NCBI GenBank assembly: GCA_963753345.1
Contig: CAVWBU010000019.1
Span: 32,001 to 96,000 of the forward strand
Length of the DNA stretch: 64,000 bases
Source of the DNA: an uncultured Fibrobacterota bacterium
GTDB lineage: Bacteria > Fibrobacterota > Chitinivibrionia > Chitinivibrionales > FEN-1185
Reading direction: 5' to 3'
Shown here: piece by piece, positions 29,377 through 39,886 of the stretch
Layout: the number at the start of each line of letters is the position of its first letter
How positions within the stretch are numbered: position 1 is the first letter of the stretch
Position numbers and translations under genes: made by a program
The notes under the pieces: generated by a model
Database searches by the model: none
What the model was told of the DNA's origin: nothing
The model's input: only the letters and a program-made list of their open reading frames with translations

Positions 29377-30384
29377 CTAACAGATTCTGGGCAAAAGCTC
29401 GCCCGGCGGCATTTCGAGGGGTCTGGTTCCGCCGATGGCAGTCCTGAGCAGGACCGGGAATTTTCCGGCCTTGGCAACAACGCCGATGACGCACGCGTCC
29501 CTGCCTTCGGGATGGGCGCGCAGCGCGGCAACGGCGGCGTCGGCGTTTTCCGGGGGAACGATGGCGACAAACCGGCCTTCGTTTGCAATGTGCAGGGGGT
29601 CCATGCCGAGAAATGCGCACGCGCCGCGCACCACAGGCGGCACGGGCACGGCCGGTTCGTTGAGAATAATGCTCGCCTTGGAGGCCTGGGCGATCTCGTT
29701 GACCACCGCAGCAAGGCCGCCGCGCGTCGCGTCGCGGAGCGTGCGGGTGAGCGGCACGGCCGAAAGAAGCGCATCGGACAGGGCGAACAGCGGCGCGCAA
29801 TCGGACACGGCCGACGACGCGAAGCCAAGGTTTGCGCGTTGCGACAGCACGGTGATGCCGTGCAGGCCGATGCCGCCGCTCACGATCACCGCGTCGCCCG
29901 GCCTGGCGTTGGCGGCCGACAGCGATATGCCCACCTTGACGATGCCGATGCCCGCGGTGTTGATGAACATGCGGTCGGCTTTGCCCTTTTCAACGACCTT
30001 GGTGTCTCCGCACGCGATGCGCACGCCCTGCGCCGCGCACACGGCATAGAGCGACTTGAGCATCTTTGACAAAAGCGAACAGTCGAGCCCTTCCTCGAGG
30101 ATGAGCGACACCGAGAGGAGGATGGGCTTTGCCGCCATCATGGAAAGGTCGTTGATGGTGCCGCATGCCGCGAGCTTGCCGATGTCGCCGCCGGGAAATT
30201 CCAGCGGAGACACCACAAAGGAATCGGTGGAGAACGCGAAGCGGCGTCCCGGGATGTCGAAGATGAACGCGTCTTCCAGCGTTCCCACGCCGCCGGGGTG
30301 CAGCGCGGGGAACACCACGGTCTCGAGGAGCTCCTGGTTGCCTTTCCCGGAGCCGTGCGACATGCGGACGGTTGCGTTTGCCAT
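29377..30384 (-). CDS. hypE: Hydrogenase maturation protein HypE
   Basis: HGSG, FPGGDIGKLA, DATRGG, terminal PRIC. Confidence 0.96.
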   Translation of the reverse strand: MANATVRMSHGSGKGNQELLETVVFPALHPGGVGTLEDAFIFDIPGRRFAFSTDSFVVSPLEFPGGDIGKLAACGTINDLSMMAAKPILLSVSLILEEGLDCSLLSKMLKSLYAVCAAQGVRIACGDTKVVEKGKADRMFINTAGIGIVKVGISLSAANARPGDAVIVSGGIGLHGITVLSQRANLGFASSAVSDCAPLFALSDALLSAVPLTRTLRDATRGGLAAVVNEIAQASKASIILNEPAVPVPPVVRGACAFLGMDPLHIANEGRFVAIVPPENADAAVAALRAHPEGRDACVIGVVAKAGKFPVLLRTAIGGTRPLEMPPGELLPRIC

Positions 30385-30388
30385 GTTG

Positions 30389-31477
30389 TTAAGCCCCGTA
30401 CCTGAAATAGGCCGCGCACGATCCTTCGCTCGACACCATGCACGGGCCCACGGGATGCGCGGGCGTGCACGATGTTCCGAACAGCGGGCATTGATTCGGC
30501 CGCAGCCTGCCCTTGAGCACGTCCCCGCACGAACATTTGTCGGGCATGTCGGCGGGGCCGCCGCCGTCCTGGATGCCGAACCGTTGCGCCGCATCGAGCG
30601 TCGCGTACTCGGTCCTGAGGGCAAGGCCGCTTCCGGGCACCATGCCGATGCCGCGCCATATCGTGTCCGTCACGTCGAAAACTTTGTACATTGCGTCAAC
30701 CGCCCGCGGGTTTCCGTCCATTTTCACCACGCGCTGATACGCGTTGAGCACCGCCGCCTTTTTGTGGATGAGCATGTCGCATGCCATGGCGATGGCGCTG
30801 AGGATGTCGAGCGGTTCGAAGCCGGTTATCACCGAAGGAATGCCGAATTGCGAAAGGGGAAGATACGGCCGTTCGCCGATGACGGCGCTCACGTGGCCGG
30901 GGAGCAGGAAGCACGAGATGCCGAGCGCCGTGTCGGCGACAAGGGCCCCAAGCGCGGGCGGTACGGTCTTGTGCGACACGAGGAACGAGAGGTTCTTGAG
31001 ACCTTCCTGCTGGGCCATGACAACGGCCCGTGCCGTTGCCGGCGCCGTGGTCTCAAACCCCACGGCCAGAAAGACCGCCTGCTCGGCCGGGTGCCGCCGT
31101 GCGATATCGAGGGCGTGCAGGGGCGAGGTGACCACGTCGATCGCGGCGCCACTGGATTTCGCTTCGTCAAGCGACGTGCGCAGACCGGGCACCCTCACCA
31201 TGTCGCCGAAGGTGATGATCCTGGTGTTCTTCGACCGGGCAAAGGCCGCGGCCGCGTCGATGTATGCACCGGGCGTCACGCACACCGGACAGCCGGGTCC
31301 GGAAACGAGCTCGATGTTTTTGGGCAGCAGGGAACGGAGGCCGAGCCGGCCTATTTCCATGGTATGCGTGCCGCACACCTCCATGATGCGGACGCTGCCG
31401 AGCGAATCAGCGGCGCGCGAGATCCTGGCGAGCACGAGCTGTGCGGTTGATGGATCGGAAAAATCAACGAGGCCCAT
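30389..31477 (-). CDS. hypD: Hydrogenase maturation protein HypD
   Basis: MEVCGTHT, GPGCPVC, GFETT, PGHVS, GPCMVSSEGSC. Confidence 0.96.
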   Translation of the reverse strand: MGLVDFSDPSTAQLVLARISRAADSLGSVRIMEVCGTHTMEIGRLGLRSLLPKNIELVSGPGCPVCVTPGAYIDAAAAFARSKNTRIITFGDMVRVPGLRTSLDEAKSSGAAIDVVTSPLHALDIARRHPAEQAVFLAVGFETTAPATARAVVMAQQEGLKNLSFLVSHKTVPPALGALVADTALGISCFLLPGHVSAVIGERPYLPLSQFGIPSVITGFEPLDILSAIAMACDMLIHKKAAVLNAYQRVVKMDGNPRAVDAMYKVFDVTDTIWRGIGMVPGSGLALRTEYATLDAAQRFGIQDGGGPADMPDKCSCGDVLKGRLRPNQCPLFGTSCTPAHPVGPCMVSSEGSCAAYFRYGA

Positions 31478-31700
31478 TTTCGTCCGCCGTTTGAACGAGT
31501 TCCTTTAATAGCTCGAGCGTTATCTTCGCCTCCTTCTCGTCGTATTTCTGGATGGCGAGGCCCGCATGGACCATCACGTAATCTCCCACCCCGGCTTTTT
31601 CCAGGAGCGAAATGTCGGCCGTGGTCGTATTGCCGAGCATGTCGACCGTGGCCAAAGGCCCGGAAATGGAAACGATTTTCGCAGGGACGGCGAGGCACAT
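31464..31700 (-). CDS. hypC: Hydrogenase chaperone HypC
   Basis: MCLAVP start; VGDYVMVHAGLA. Confidence 0.95.
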   Translation of the reverse strand: MCLAVPAKIVSISGPLATVDMLGNTTTADISLLEKAGVGDYVMVHAGLAIQKYDEKEAKITLELLKELVQTADENGPR

Positions 31701-31818
31701 GGTGGCGTCTGGCTTTCCGGTGATGGTGAGGGGTAAAAATACTACGTCCCTGGGGCGGGCTGAGGATTTTTTAGGGAGGGCTAGGAGCGGTCTGAGGTGA
31801 GGATGCGCCGTCCTAAAA

Positions 31819-34470
31819 TTAAAACCTGAGGTGTATCCGTGCTCCAAGGTGAACGTAATACAGAAAATTCAAATTGTCGGTTGTTTTTCCGTCTGGATCG
31901 TAAAAAAGGTTCTTCAGATCGGAGAAGAGAACGTACACATCATATTGCATGAGCGTTCTGTTTTCCGGAACCGGTTCGCACAATTGGAACTTTAGGTCAA
32001 CGCGGTCGTAATTCTCTTTTCTTTTGGCCTCCTCATCCCACGACAATCCTTCACTGGAAGTGATTACATCATGATAGGGCAGGCCTGCATAGAAATTGCC
32101 GATGAGAAATGCAGTCAGCATAGTATCGATCAAGGAATAAGAGATAATAGTCTTATTCGTCCAGGGCATATCCCACTCGTAGGGTTCCTGATTACCATGA
32201 GACAACAGTACCGATTTTGATATTGACTGGACGCACCGCATATTAATTCTTTTGCCGAGATTGGCCGTGATCTCCGCATTAATTCCTACGGAAAAGAATT
32301 GATCATTGGTGTTCTCGTCCCATACCGGCATGCGCGGATTTTGACTGTAGACGAGTTGATATGGTCGGTACTTGACAAACTCCTCAAGGGATCCCTCAAG
32401 CCAAGACAGCGGCTTCAGGTGGACTTGGGAACTGGCATTGTAGGTCTGGACTAATTTCTGTTCAATTGCCTGCGAAGGCATGCCGCGTATATCTGGTTGT
32501 GACGTAATGATTCCTGCGGAAGCCTTGAATGAGTTCTTTCCAAAAGGGAACAGGAGCCAGAGGCCGGGATCGATATACCATTTTTCCCTGGGGAAACAAA
32601 GCCCTTCGCACACATTGAGTCCGAACTGAAGATTGCCCGCCATCCTCCCGTAACTTTGGCCCGCTCTTATCTCGCCCTGGTACCCTGTTGCAATGATGCT
32701 GTCGGCGTTGAGCGTCAAGATGCCGGTGGATTCCTGCGGAAGCAGCACGTGGCCCGTCCAGGGGACAAATTGCATCAAGAGGCTCGTGGTAACCCGGCCC
32801 GAGCCTGCAAAGAACGCCGGCCCCTCCGCAGACAACGCCATGCTTTTGCGCTCCACATCCTTGCTGTACGCGGCAACCCCCGATTCGCTCTCAAACCAGT
32901 GTTGCAAAGCCCCGCCTACCGCAAGGCTCCTGCACCACGGCACCGGCAGGCTGTCCAGAGAGACGATGCAAATTCCCCACGGAATTTCCTTTTGTCGATC
33001 GAGCGCACTATCGGCATAGACATCCTCGGAGAGCCAAACGAGCTGCCTCATTCTTGCTCCGAAAACTTTTTGGGAGCCAAGAAATTGGACGTCCGTGTAG
33101 GTTGATGGCGCGGAATAACCAGCAGGAAGATTGTTGTCCACGATCTTGTATTCGTTCAGGAACCAAAGCGCGTACTTGTCGGATGGCCGGTAGGAAATCT
33201 GGTACAAATCCTCGCCCCTTCTCATCGGGACGGAGAGTGTCAGGTCCGCGCCGAGAGTTCCATAGTTGATAAGAAGCTCCGGGCGGGCCACGTGTATCGG
33301 ATCGTGAATTATCCCGGGATCGATCCGCAAAACCGAACCGGAACCTCCGCTGTACAATCCGCTGATGCCGGTGGTGAGAAGTTCAATGTCGAGCGGCGTT
33401 CCAAGGGAGAATATGCTTCTGTCAAAATAGGAAACACCCGCAAAATGCGACGGAATAAAAATGGGAATGCCGCGAAGCATGAAGCAGTTGTCGTACGGGC
33501 CGTCGCCGTTGACAAGAAGAAGCGACTGGGCGTTTGGGGCCGATGCGACTCCCGATTGGGTCGTGAGGAGGTTGTTCAGGTCGTCGGTCCGTCCGTATAT
33601 CTTTTCCTCCTTTGCAACGTCAATCTTCTTTTGAGTCAGGTGTCCGTAGGCAACGATTTCATTCTGCGCTCCGGGCGATTCTTCCAGCCAATACGTGGTT
33701 TTCGTGACTTCGCCGCATCGAATCACAACGCTGTCACACCGTGTCCTGAATCCCAGCCTTCCCATTCTCATCAGCACTTTGCATGATGGTATTGATTTGA
33801 AAGAGAATCTTCCCAGAGAATCTGTTTCTGTAATGAGACGACCGTTTTCAAGATGCTGTCCGTGAAAGGTGCCTATCTTGTCAAGATATGATCGTATCGG
33901 GACTGCGGGGTCTGTTTCACAAAGTGAATCAAGAAGTGACACCTCTATCGCGACTCCCGAAAGCGGCTTGTGTGTTTGCTCCTCACGAATAAAGCCGACA
34001 AGATTTTCGAAGGCTTGGATGGAGTCAAGAATTTGTCTCAACGCGAAATGATATTGAAATCGGAGCGTCACGGCAACTGGTTTGTGGTGCGCCAGTCCGG
34101 GGGAAAAGACGAACTTCAGCGCGGCCGCCTTTGCTGCCGAGTCAAGTTGAGGCGAGACGCCATTGGCCACGGCAACACTGTCCACAAGGCCGCTCTCATT
34201 GACCAGAATGTTAAGCGCCACTGTTCCTTCAACGCCCTGCTTTGCCTGTTCTGCAGGGTACTGCGCTTGTACAAACCTGACAAGCTCCGGTTCCCTGTCA
34301 AGCAAAACCAGGGAATCTCCCGAAGTGCGGCGCGCGTCGGCGGATGATATGGTCGATGCAAAGGTGGAATCCACTGCGCAAAGCCGGAATGAAATGACAA
34401 GCAGCATCACCCACAAACCGCCAACAACAGGTGTCCGGCAACGGTTTGTGGAGAAGCCGTGCATTGTCAT
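31819..34470 (-). CDS. Second, divergent TonB-C-fused TonB-dependent receptor
   Basis: Signal peptide; YPAEQAKQGVEGTVALNILVNESG TonB-C; same domain order as 15335-18146; terminal Phe. Confidence 0.75.
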   Translation of the reverse strand: MTMHGFSTNRCRTPVVGGLWVMLLVISFRLCAVDSTFASTISSADARRTSGDSLVLLDREPELVRFVQAQYPAEQAKQGVEGTVALNILVNESGLVDSVAVANGVSPQLDSAAKAAALKFVFSPGLAHHKPVAVTLRFQYHFALRQILDSIQAFENLVGFIREEQTHKPLSGVAIEVSLLDSLCETDPAVPIRSYLDKIGTFHGQHLENGRLITETDSLGRFSFKSIPSCKVLMRMGRLGFRTRCDSVVIRCGEVTKTTYWLEESPGAQNEIVAYGHLTQKKIDVAKEEKIYGRTDDLNNLLTTQSGVASAPNAQSLLLVNGDGPYDNCFMLRGIPIFIPSHFAGVSYFDRSIFSLGTPLDIELLTTGISGLYSGGSGSVLRIDPGIIHDPIHVARPELLINYGTLGADLTLSVPMRRGEDLYQISYRPSDKYALWFLNEYKIVDNNLPAGYSAPSTYTDVQFLGSQKVFGARMRQLVWLSEDVYADSALDRQKEIPWGICIVSLDSLPVPWCRSLAVGGALQHWFESESGVAAYSKDVERKSMALSAEGPAFFAGSGRVTTSLLMQFVPWTGHVLLPQESTGILTLNADSIIATGYQGEIRAGQSYGRMAGNLQFGLNVCEGLCFPREKWYIDPGLWLLFPFGKNSFKASAGIITSQPDIRGMPSQAIEQKLVQTYNASSQVHLKPLSWLEGSLEEFVKYRPYQLVYSQNPRMPVWDENTNDQFFSVGINAEITANLGKRINMRCVQSISKSVLLSHGNQEPYEWDMPWTNKTIISYSLIDTMLTAFLIGNFYAGLPYHDVITSSEGLSWDEEAKRKENYDRVDLKFQLCEPVPENRTLMQYDVYVLFSDLKNLFYDPDGKTTDNLNFLYYVHLGARIHLRF

Positions 34471-34675
34471 AAGGTAATACTACGACTTTGCAAAAAAAAG
34501 ATTGCGGAAATGTGATGATCTAATTTGTCAATTGTATTTCTTGATGTGGTGATTGTGCCATAGCGCGGGCAGACGTCTTGTATTTGTGGACCTCTGAAAA
34601 GAAAGGAATCCTCTGTGTGGCCTGGATTCTGCGATCCAGGTCCTATAGTACCGTGACCAAATCTATTTTGAAAGC

Positions 34676-34975
34676 ATGAAGAAGAAAGTCTTCAGAAAAG
34701 GTCGGATTCCCAAAAACAGAGTCCCGACGCATCCCGGAGAGGTCCTGCTGGAGGAATTCTTGAAGCCTTCTGGCATGTCTCAGGTGGAACTGGCGCAAAA
34801 GCTTTCCGTTCCGGTACAGCGGCTGAATACGCTGATCAACGGGAAACGCGGAGTAACCGCGGAGACCGCGCTGTTATTGGCGCGCGAATTCAAGACTTCA
34901 CCGGAATTCTGGATGAATCTACAGGCTAATTTCGATCTGTATTATGCGCGGAAGAATCTTGAGTTGGCGGCATAG
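34676..34975 (+). CDS. higA: HigA-family antitoxin (orphan)
   Basis: PTHPGEVLLEEFL, INGKRGVTAETA, FWMNLQ. Confidence 0.9.
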   Translation: MKKKVFRKGRIPKNRVPTHPGEVLLEEFLKPSGMSQVELAQKLSVPVQRLNTLINGKRGVTAETALLLAREFKTSPEFWMNLQANFDLYYARKNLELAA

Positions 34976-34977
34976 CC

Positions 34978-37263
34978 TCAATCACCGGTCTCCAACGCCC
35001 TCTTCGCCCCGGCCACCACAAGCTGCCCATACGAAATACATTCGTCATTCGGCGGCGTGCGCCGGTGCAAAACAGGCGTAAGCCCCGCCTGCTTCAAAAG
35101 CGGTAACAGCCGTGTCACGAGCAATGCGTTCTGGAACACGCCGCCGCTCAGGCACACGTTGGTGCACCCGCATTGCTGTGCGGCAATGGCGGCGGCGGCC
35201 GCGGTTGCCTGTGCGATGCTCGTGTGGAACCGCGCCGCAATTTTCGGCACCGGCGTTCCGCTTTTAAGGTCCTCGTATACTTCGCACAGCAGAGCCGGCC
35301 CGTCGATGATGATTCCGTCCTCCTCGATTGACAGGGGCGAGCCGTACGAGCCGGCCTCCAGCGGATCGACCGCGCCTTCGAGCATGATCGCCGGCTGTCC
35401 CTCGTACGTTCTTTTCGAGCAGATGCCGAGCAGTGCCGACGCGGCATCGAACAGCCTGCCCATGCCGCTCGACCGAACGCAGTTGACGTTGGATTTCACC
35501 ATGTCAAGCACTGCTGATTTTTCCTCCTGCGGCATCTGCGGAAGGGCGCTTTCCGCTTTGTCGCCAAGAAGCCTAAACAGCGCGGCAAGCGCGATGCGGC
35601 CCGGGTTGCGAATCGCTTCGTCGCCGCCGGGTAGGGAAAGGTATGAGAGGTGCCCCAGCCTGCTATAGCCGGTGTAGGTCGCGTGCAGGATCTCGCCACC
35701 CCATATCGTGCCGTCCTCGCCGTATCCCGTGCCGTCGAAAACGGCAGCGAGCACCCCATCTGAAATCTCGTTTTCCGCCATGCAGGCGGCCGCATGCGCG
35801 TGATGGTGCTGGATCTTTACAACAGGCAAACCCGAAGACGTCGCGTGCGATCCGATAAGCGACTGCGGGTGCATGTCGCACACGTAAACGGCCGGGGTCA
35901 CGCCGAGCGCGGCCGCAAGGTGGTTTGTCGCAAAGGCCAGGCTGTCGAGCGCCTCAGTCGTATCGACCGTTCCTATATAATGGGACAGGTAGCAGTCATT
36001 TTTCCTGCCAGCGGCAACCGTGCTTTTCAGAACGCCGCCCAAAGCAACAAGGCCGGTCACATCTGCGGGAGACGGTAATGGTTCGGGGACGAATCCGCGC
36101 GACCGCCGCAGGATCACGGGCATGTCGGTAACGACGCGTACAATGGAATCGTCGTTGCGCATGTAAATGGCCCGGTCATGCGTGAGGAATGCGTCGGCAA
36201 TGCCGCCGAGGGTCGTATAGGCTTTGTCATCGCCGTGGATGATGGGTTCGTCGGCCAGATTCGCACTTGTCATGACAAGAGGAGGGATTCCATCGTCATG
36301 AAAAAGCAGGTGATGTAACGGTGCGTAGGGAAGCATGACGGCAAGCGTGGGCAGTCCCGGAGCAACTTCGTTTGCAATCCCCGGAGCTCCGCTCTTCTTT
36401 GCAAGCAGCACGATCGGGCGCTCCGGACTTTCGAGGATGTTCTGTTCGGCTGCGGATATCACCGCGCACCGGAGGGCCGCCGGCGCGTCCTTCACCATAA
36501 TCGCAAAAGGTTTCTCCTCGCGCTGTTTGCGCTTGCGAAGGACCGAGACGGCCGCTCCTGAATCGGCCCTGCAGGCAAGATGGAATCCGCCGATGCCTTT
36601 TATGGCCAGGATTTTCCCGCTGTTCAGCAGCTCGATTGCGGCGGTGATCGGATCATCTTTGTTGACGATAGTGCGTCTACTGTCCGTCAAGGCAAGTTTC
36701 GGTCCGCAATCGTGGCAGCAGATTGGCTGGGCATGAAATCGCCGGTTCGCGGGATCTTCATATTCCCTTTTACATTTATCGCACATGTCAAATGACGACA
36801 TGGTGGTGTTGGGCCGGTCGTACGGTAGCAGTTTGATGATGGTGTAACGCGGGCCGCAGTCGGTGCAGTTGATAAAAGGATGATGAAATCGGCGGTTTGA
36901 AGGATCAAACATTTCCTCCAGGCATGCCGGGCACACCGCGGTGTCGCGTGCGATATCGATTTCCGCGGATTCGCCTTTGTCACTTTGCGCGATGCTGAAG
37001 CCTGCAGGGACGTTTTCAACGGTTGTTTCCTTGATGGCGATTGATTTGATGTGCGCCAAAGGAGGAGCGGATTGTTTGATTGATTGTATAAATGCATCGA
37101 GATGATTTTTGTCGCCGAATGCTTTGATAGTCACTCCCGAGCTGTCATTTCGCACTTCGCCCCTGATTGAATGAATCTTTGCGATACGATAGACAAACGG
37201 CCTGAACCCGACGCCTTGAACCGTGCCTTTGATTGTGATAGTGAAACAGAGTTTTGGTTTCAT
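34978..37263 (-). CDS. hypF: Carbamoyltransferase HypF
   Basis: GTVQGVGFRPF, zinc fingers, KGIGGFHL, QHHHAH, FDGTGYG, NDECIS. Confidence 0.96.
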   Translation of the reverse strand: MKPKLCFTITIKGTVQGVGFRPFVYRIAKIHSIRGEVRNDSSGVTIKAFGDKNHLDAFIQSIKQSAPPLAHIKSIAIKETTVENVPAGFSIAQSDKGESAEIDIARDTAVCPACLEEMFDPSNRRFHHPFINCTDCGPRYTIIKLLPYDRPNTTMSSFDMCDKCKREYEDPANRRFHAQPICCHDCGPKLALTDSRRTIVNKDDPITAAIELLNSGKILAIKGIGGFHLACRADSGAAVSVLRKRKQREEKPFAIMVKDAPAALRCAVISAAEQNILESPERPIVLLAKKSGAPGIANEVAPGLPTLAVMLPYAPLHHLLFHDDGIPPLVMTSANLADEPIIHGDDKAYTTLGGIADAFLTHDRAIYMRNDDSIVRVVTDMPVILRRSRGFVPEPLPSPADVTGLVALGGVLKSTVAAGRKNDCYLSHYIGTVDTTEALDSLAFATNHLAAALGVTPAVYVCDMHPQSLIGSHATSSGLPVVKIQHHHAHAAACMAENEISDGVLAAVFDGTGYGEDGTIWGGEILHATYTGYSRLGHLSYLSLPGGDEAIRNPGRIALAALFRLLGDKAESALPQMPQEEKSAVLDMVKSNVNCVRSSGMGRLFDAASALLGICSKRTYEGQPAIMLEGAVDPLEAGSYGSPLSIEEDGIIIDGPALLCEVYEDLKSGTPVPKIAARFHTSIAQATAAAAAIAAQQCGCTNVCLSGGVFQNALLVTRLLPLLKQAGLTPVLHRRTPPNDECISYGQLVVAGAKRALETGD

Positions 37264-37303
37264 GAGGGTGCGGCTGTGCGCGGCTTCGGGCCACCGGGCA
37301 TTT

Positions 37304-37961
37304 TCAGGGGCGACCGTGGGATTTGAGGCCTTCCAGGTACGCGGCGAGCGCGTCCACTCCTTCGCCCGTGGTGCACGACACCCGGAATATCTCGGCGTCG
37401 TTATCTGAGCTTCCGGATGTCGGCAATGGCGCGCTCGACGTCGAACTTCACATACGGGAGCAGGTCGATCTTGTTGATCACCACGGCCGCGGCGCGGACA
37501 AAGAGGCCCGGGTACTTGATGGGTTTCTCGTCGCCCTCGGCCACCGACAACACCGCCAGTTTTTCGTCCTCGCCGAGGTCGTACGACGATGGGCACACGA
37601 GGTTTCCCACGTTTTCGATCACCAGCAGCCGTACACCGGCAAAAGACTGTTGTTTGACGACCTCGTGTATCATGTGCGCCGTAAGATGGCAGGAGCCCCT
37701 GGTTTCAATCTGGATCGCCTGCGCGCCCGCTTTTTCCAGTCTTTCTTTGTCAAGCTGCGTCTGGATGTCGCCGGTGATCACCAGAAGGGAGCGTCCCATC
37801 CGGCCGGCAAGCGCCTCGAGGATAGACGTCTTGCCCGAGCCGGGCGAGCTTATCATGTTGACAACCGCGATGCCCGCTTTCCGGAACAGGTCCCTGTTGT
37901 GAGCGGCCACCGCATCGTTGATCGCATGCGCGCTTTTTTCGAGCCGTATTGTTTCAGGCAT
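37304..37961 (-). CDS. hypB: Nickel-insertion GTPase HypB (apparent +1 frameshift near 37407)
   Basis: SSPGSGKT, CHL, ENVGNLVCP, NKID; the C-terminus NDAEIFRVSCTTGEG continues in the +1 frame. Confidence 0.92.
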
Positions 37962-38289
37962 CCTCGACCTCAATGCTTTCCACCATGCAGTCCTGGCCCG
38001 CGGTAACGGTCCTGGCGTATTCGCCGCACTTCGGGCAGGCGGAAGCCATGGTTCGTGCCGTGTACTGTTCGCCGCACGAGCAGGTGAATGCCGCCGGCAC
38101 CTCTTTAAATTCGATTTTCACGTTGTTCATGCCCATGTCCGGGAGGACGAGTTCAAGGTACATGGTGAGCGATTCGGTAAATATACCACTCAGCGCGCCG
38201 ACGGCGAGCGTGATTTGCCGCACCGGGCGGCCCTGCGCCGTTTGCTTGACAAGAGCGGCTATTTCGCAGGCGACCGAATATTCGTGCAT
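37954..38289 (-). CDS. hypA: Nickel metallochaperone HypA
   Basis: MHE start; CSCG..CPKCG zinc site. Confidence 0.95.
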   Translation of the reverse strand: MHEYSVACEIAALVKQTAQGRPVRQITLAVGALSGIFTESLTMYLELVLPDMGMNNVKIEFKEVPAAFTCSCGEQYTARTMASACPKCGEYARTVTAGQDCMVESIEVEDA

Positions 38290-38317
38290 GGTTGATTCCC
38301 GAAAAATGATGATCGCA

Positions 38318-38584
38318 AATGCGACCTCACCCCGTCCCCCTCTCCGCCAGGAGAGGGGCTCAAATCGAAAGCCGCTGTTCTTTTGACTCTTGGCAAGAAC
38401 CTTTGGGTTCCTTTTGTTATTCCAATGTCGCTCGTGGGTGCCCCCGCACAGGTGCTTGATTCTTGCAACCGGCCCCACTTGGGGTGCACCCAGGAGGGGG
38501 TAGCGCAGGACCGGCCGCAAATATTCTGAATTCTAGTTTATGAAGTACGCGGCCGGGCCGGAGCGAGGGGGAACCTTCCCCCCC
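38318..38584 (+). repeat. Composite repeat E + spacer + A inside the hydrogenase operon
   Basis: Colinear with 8522-8775. Confidence 0.85.
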
Positions 38585-38608
38585 GTTATAAAACTTTTTA
38601 CCGTTCTT

Positions 38609-39886
38609 TTAATGCGTCGAACAGGAAATGCACGGGTCGTATGCCCGCACGAGCATCTCGAGCAGAAGCTGGAGCTCGTCCTTGCCCCTTTCCTTGAACT
38701 GCGGGACAAGCTTGTCCATGTCAAGCTGGATGTTGGCATGGTTCTGGTTGGTGGGAATGATGCAGTTCGCCTTTACGCATTTCCCCTTTGTGTCGTAGGT
38801 GTAATCGTGGAACAAAATACCGCGCGGCACGTCGACCGCGCCCACGCCGCGGCCCTCGCGTGGCGTAAAGGAGACGGGCTCGGCGGCAAGCTTACCATCA
38901 AGCAATGCGTCGATATGATGAATGGTGCGCTCCGTAAAGTAAACGCATTCCACGAGCTGGGCCACGGTATTGAAATAGGGGTTGAAGCACGGCCCCTTCA
39001 TCCCGAAGTCTGCGGCGATCGCGGTAGACAGCGGCGAAAGCTGTTTGTAATTGTTGTTGTACCGGGCAAGCGCGCCTGCCATATAGGCGTCGCGGTTGAA
39101 CTTCGCCCATTTGGCGGTGGAATGCGGCGTCATGTATTCGTTGGTGACGCGCAGGTAATCCTTCACAGGTATTGGTTCTTCAACATCGGTCGACTTGATC
39201 TGGCCGTCGTAGCTGGCGTATTCCGACGGGTCGGTGAGCGACACATATTCGGTCTCGCGGGTAAAATTCGGCAGGCCGCCGGCCAAGGATTTCACCACGC
39301 CCGCAAGTGTCTGCAAATCCTTGAGCGCTTCCACATGCTTTGTCTTAAGAGCGGCGAGGTCTTTCTTTATCGGGACCTTGGTGAACCCGCCGATGCACGT
39401 GCGGATTGGGTGCGTGGTGCGTCCGCCCACCACGTCGCAGGTCTCGTTTGCGAGTCGGTGAAGCTTGACAACAAGGAGGACCGCGTCCTTGTGCGTCGTC
39501 GCCAGAGGGATAACGCTTCCCACTTTCAGAAGGTCGGGGAGCGCAAGGTACCCGATGTGGAGAATATGGCTTTGCAGGTTTTCGCCGTGGTTGAGGATCT
39601 CGCGGAGGTGGCGCGTCTGCTCGGAGATCTGAATGCCGAACGCGGCCTCGGTGGCCTTGAGCGACGCAAACGTATGGCCTATGGAGCAGATGCCGCAGAT
39701 GCGCGAGGTGATGCCCGCGACTTCGGTGCAGTCCCTGCCCACCACCATGGCCTCGAAGAACCGCGGCGCCTCGGGCACGCTCCATTGCACGGACTTGATT
39801 TCGCCTTTGTCTATGTCGACATGGATATTGCCGTGGCCCTCAACCCGGGTGACCGACCGGACGTCTATATGGATCGACGAGTTCAT
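38609..39886 (-). CDS. hydA: Group 3b [NiFe]-hydrogenase large (alpha) subunit
   Basis: TRVEGHG, SRICGIC (L1), PRG, DPCISCSTH (L2) followed directly by the stop. Confidence 0.93.
   Translation of the reverse strand: MNSSIHIDVRSVTRVEGHGNIHVDIDKGEIKSVQWSVPEAPRFFEAMVVGRDCTEVAGITSRICGICSIGHTFASLKATEAAFGIQISEQTRHLREILNHGENLQSHILHIGYLALPDLLKVGSVIPLATTHKDAVLLVVKLHRLANETCDVVGGRTTHPIRTCIGGFTKVPIKKDLAALKTKHVEALKDLQTLAGVVKSLAGGLPNFTRETEYVSLTDPSEYASYDGQIKSTDVEEPIPVKDYLRVTNEYMTPHSTAKWAKFNRDAYMAGALARYNNNYKQLSPLSTAIAADFGMKGPCFNPYFNTVAQLVECVYFTERTIHHIDALLDGKLAAEPVSFTPREGRGVGAVDVPRGILFHDYTYDTKGKCVKANCIIPTNQNHANIQLDMDKLVPQFKERGKDELQLLLEMLVRAYDPCISCSTH

Noticed and set aside
34480-34675. higB toxin upstream of higA
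   Set aside because: No ORF with RelE/HigB features in this interval
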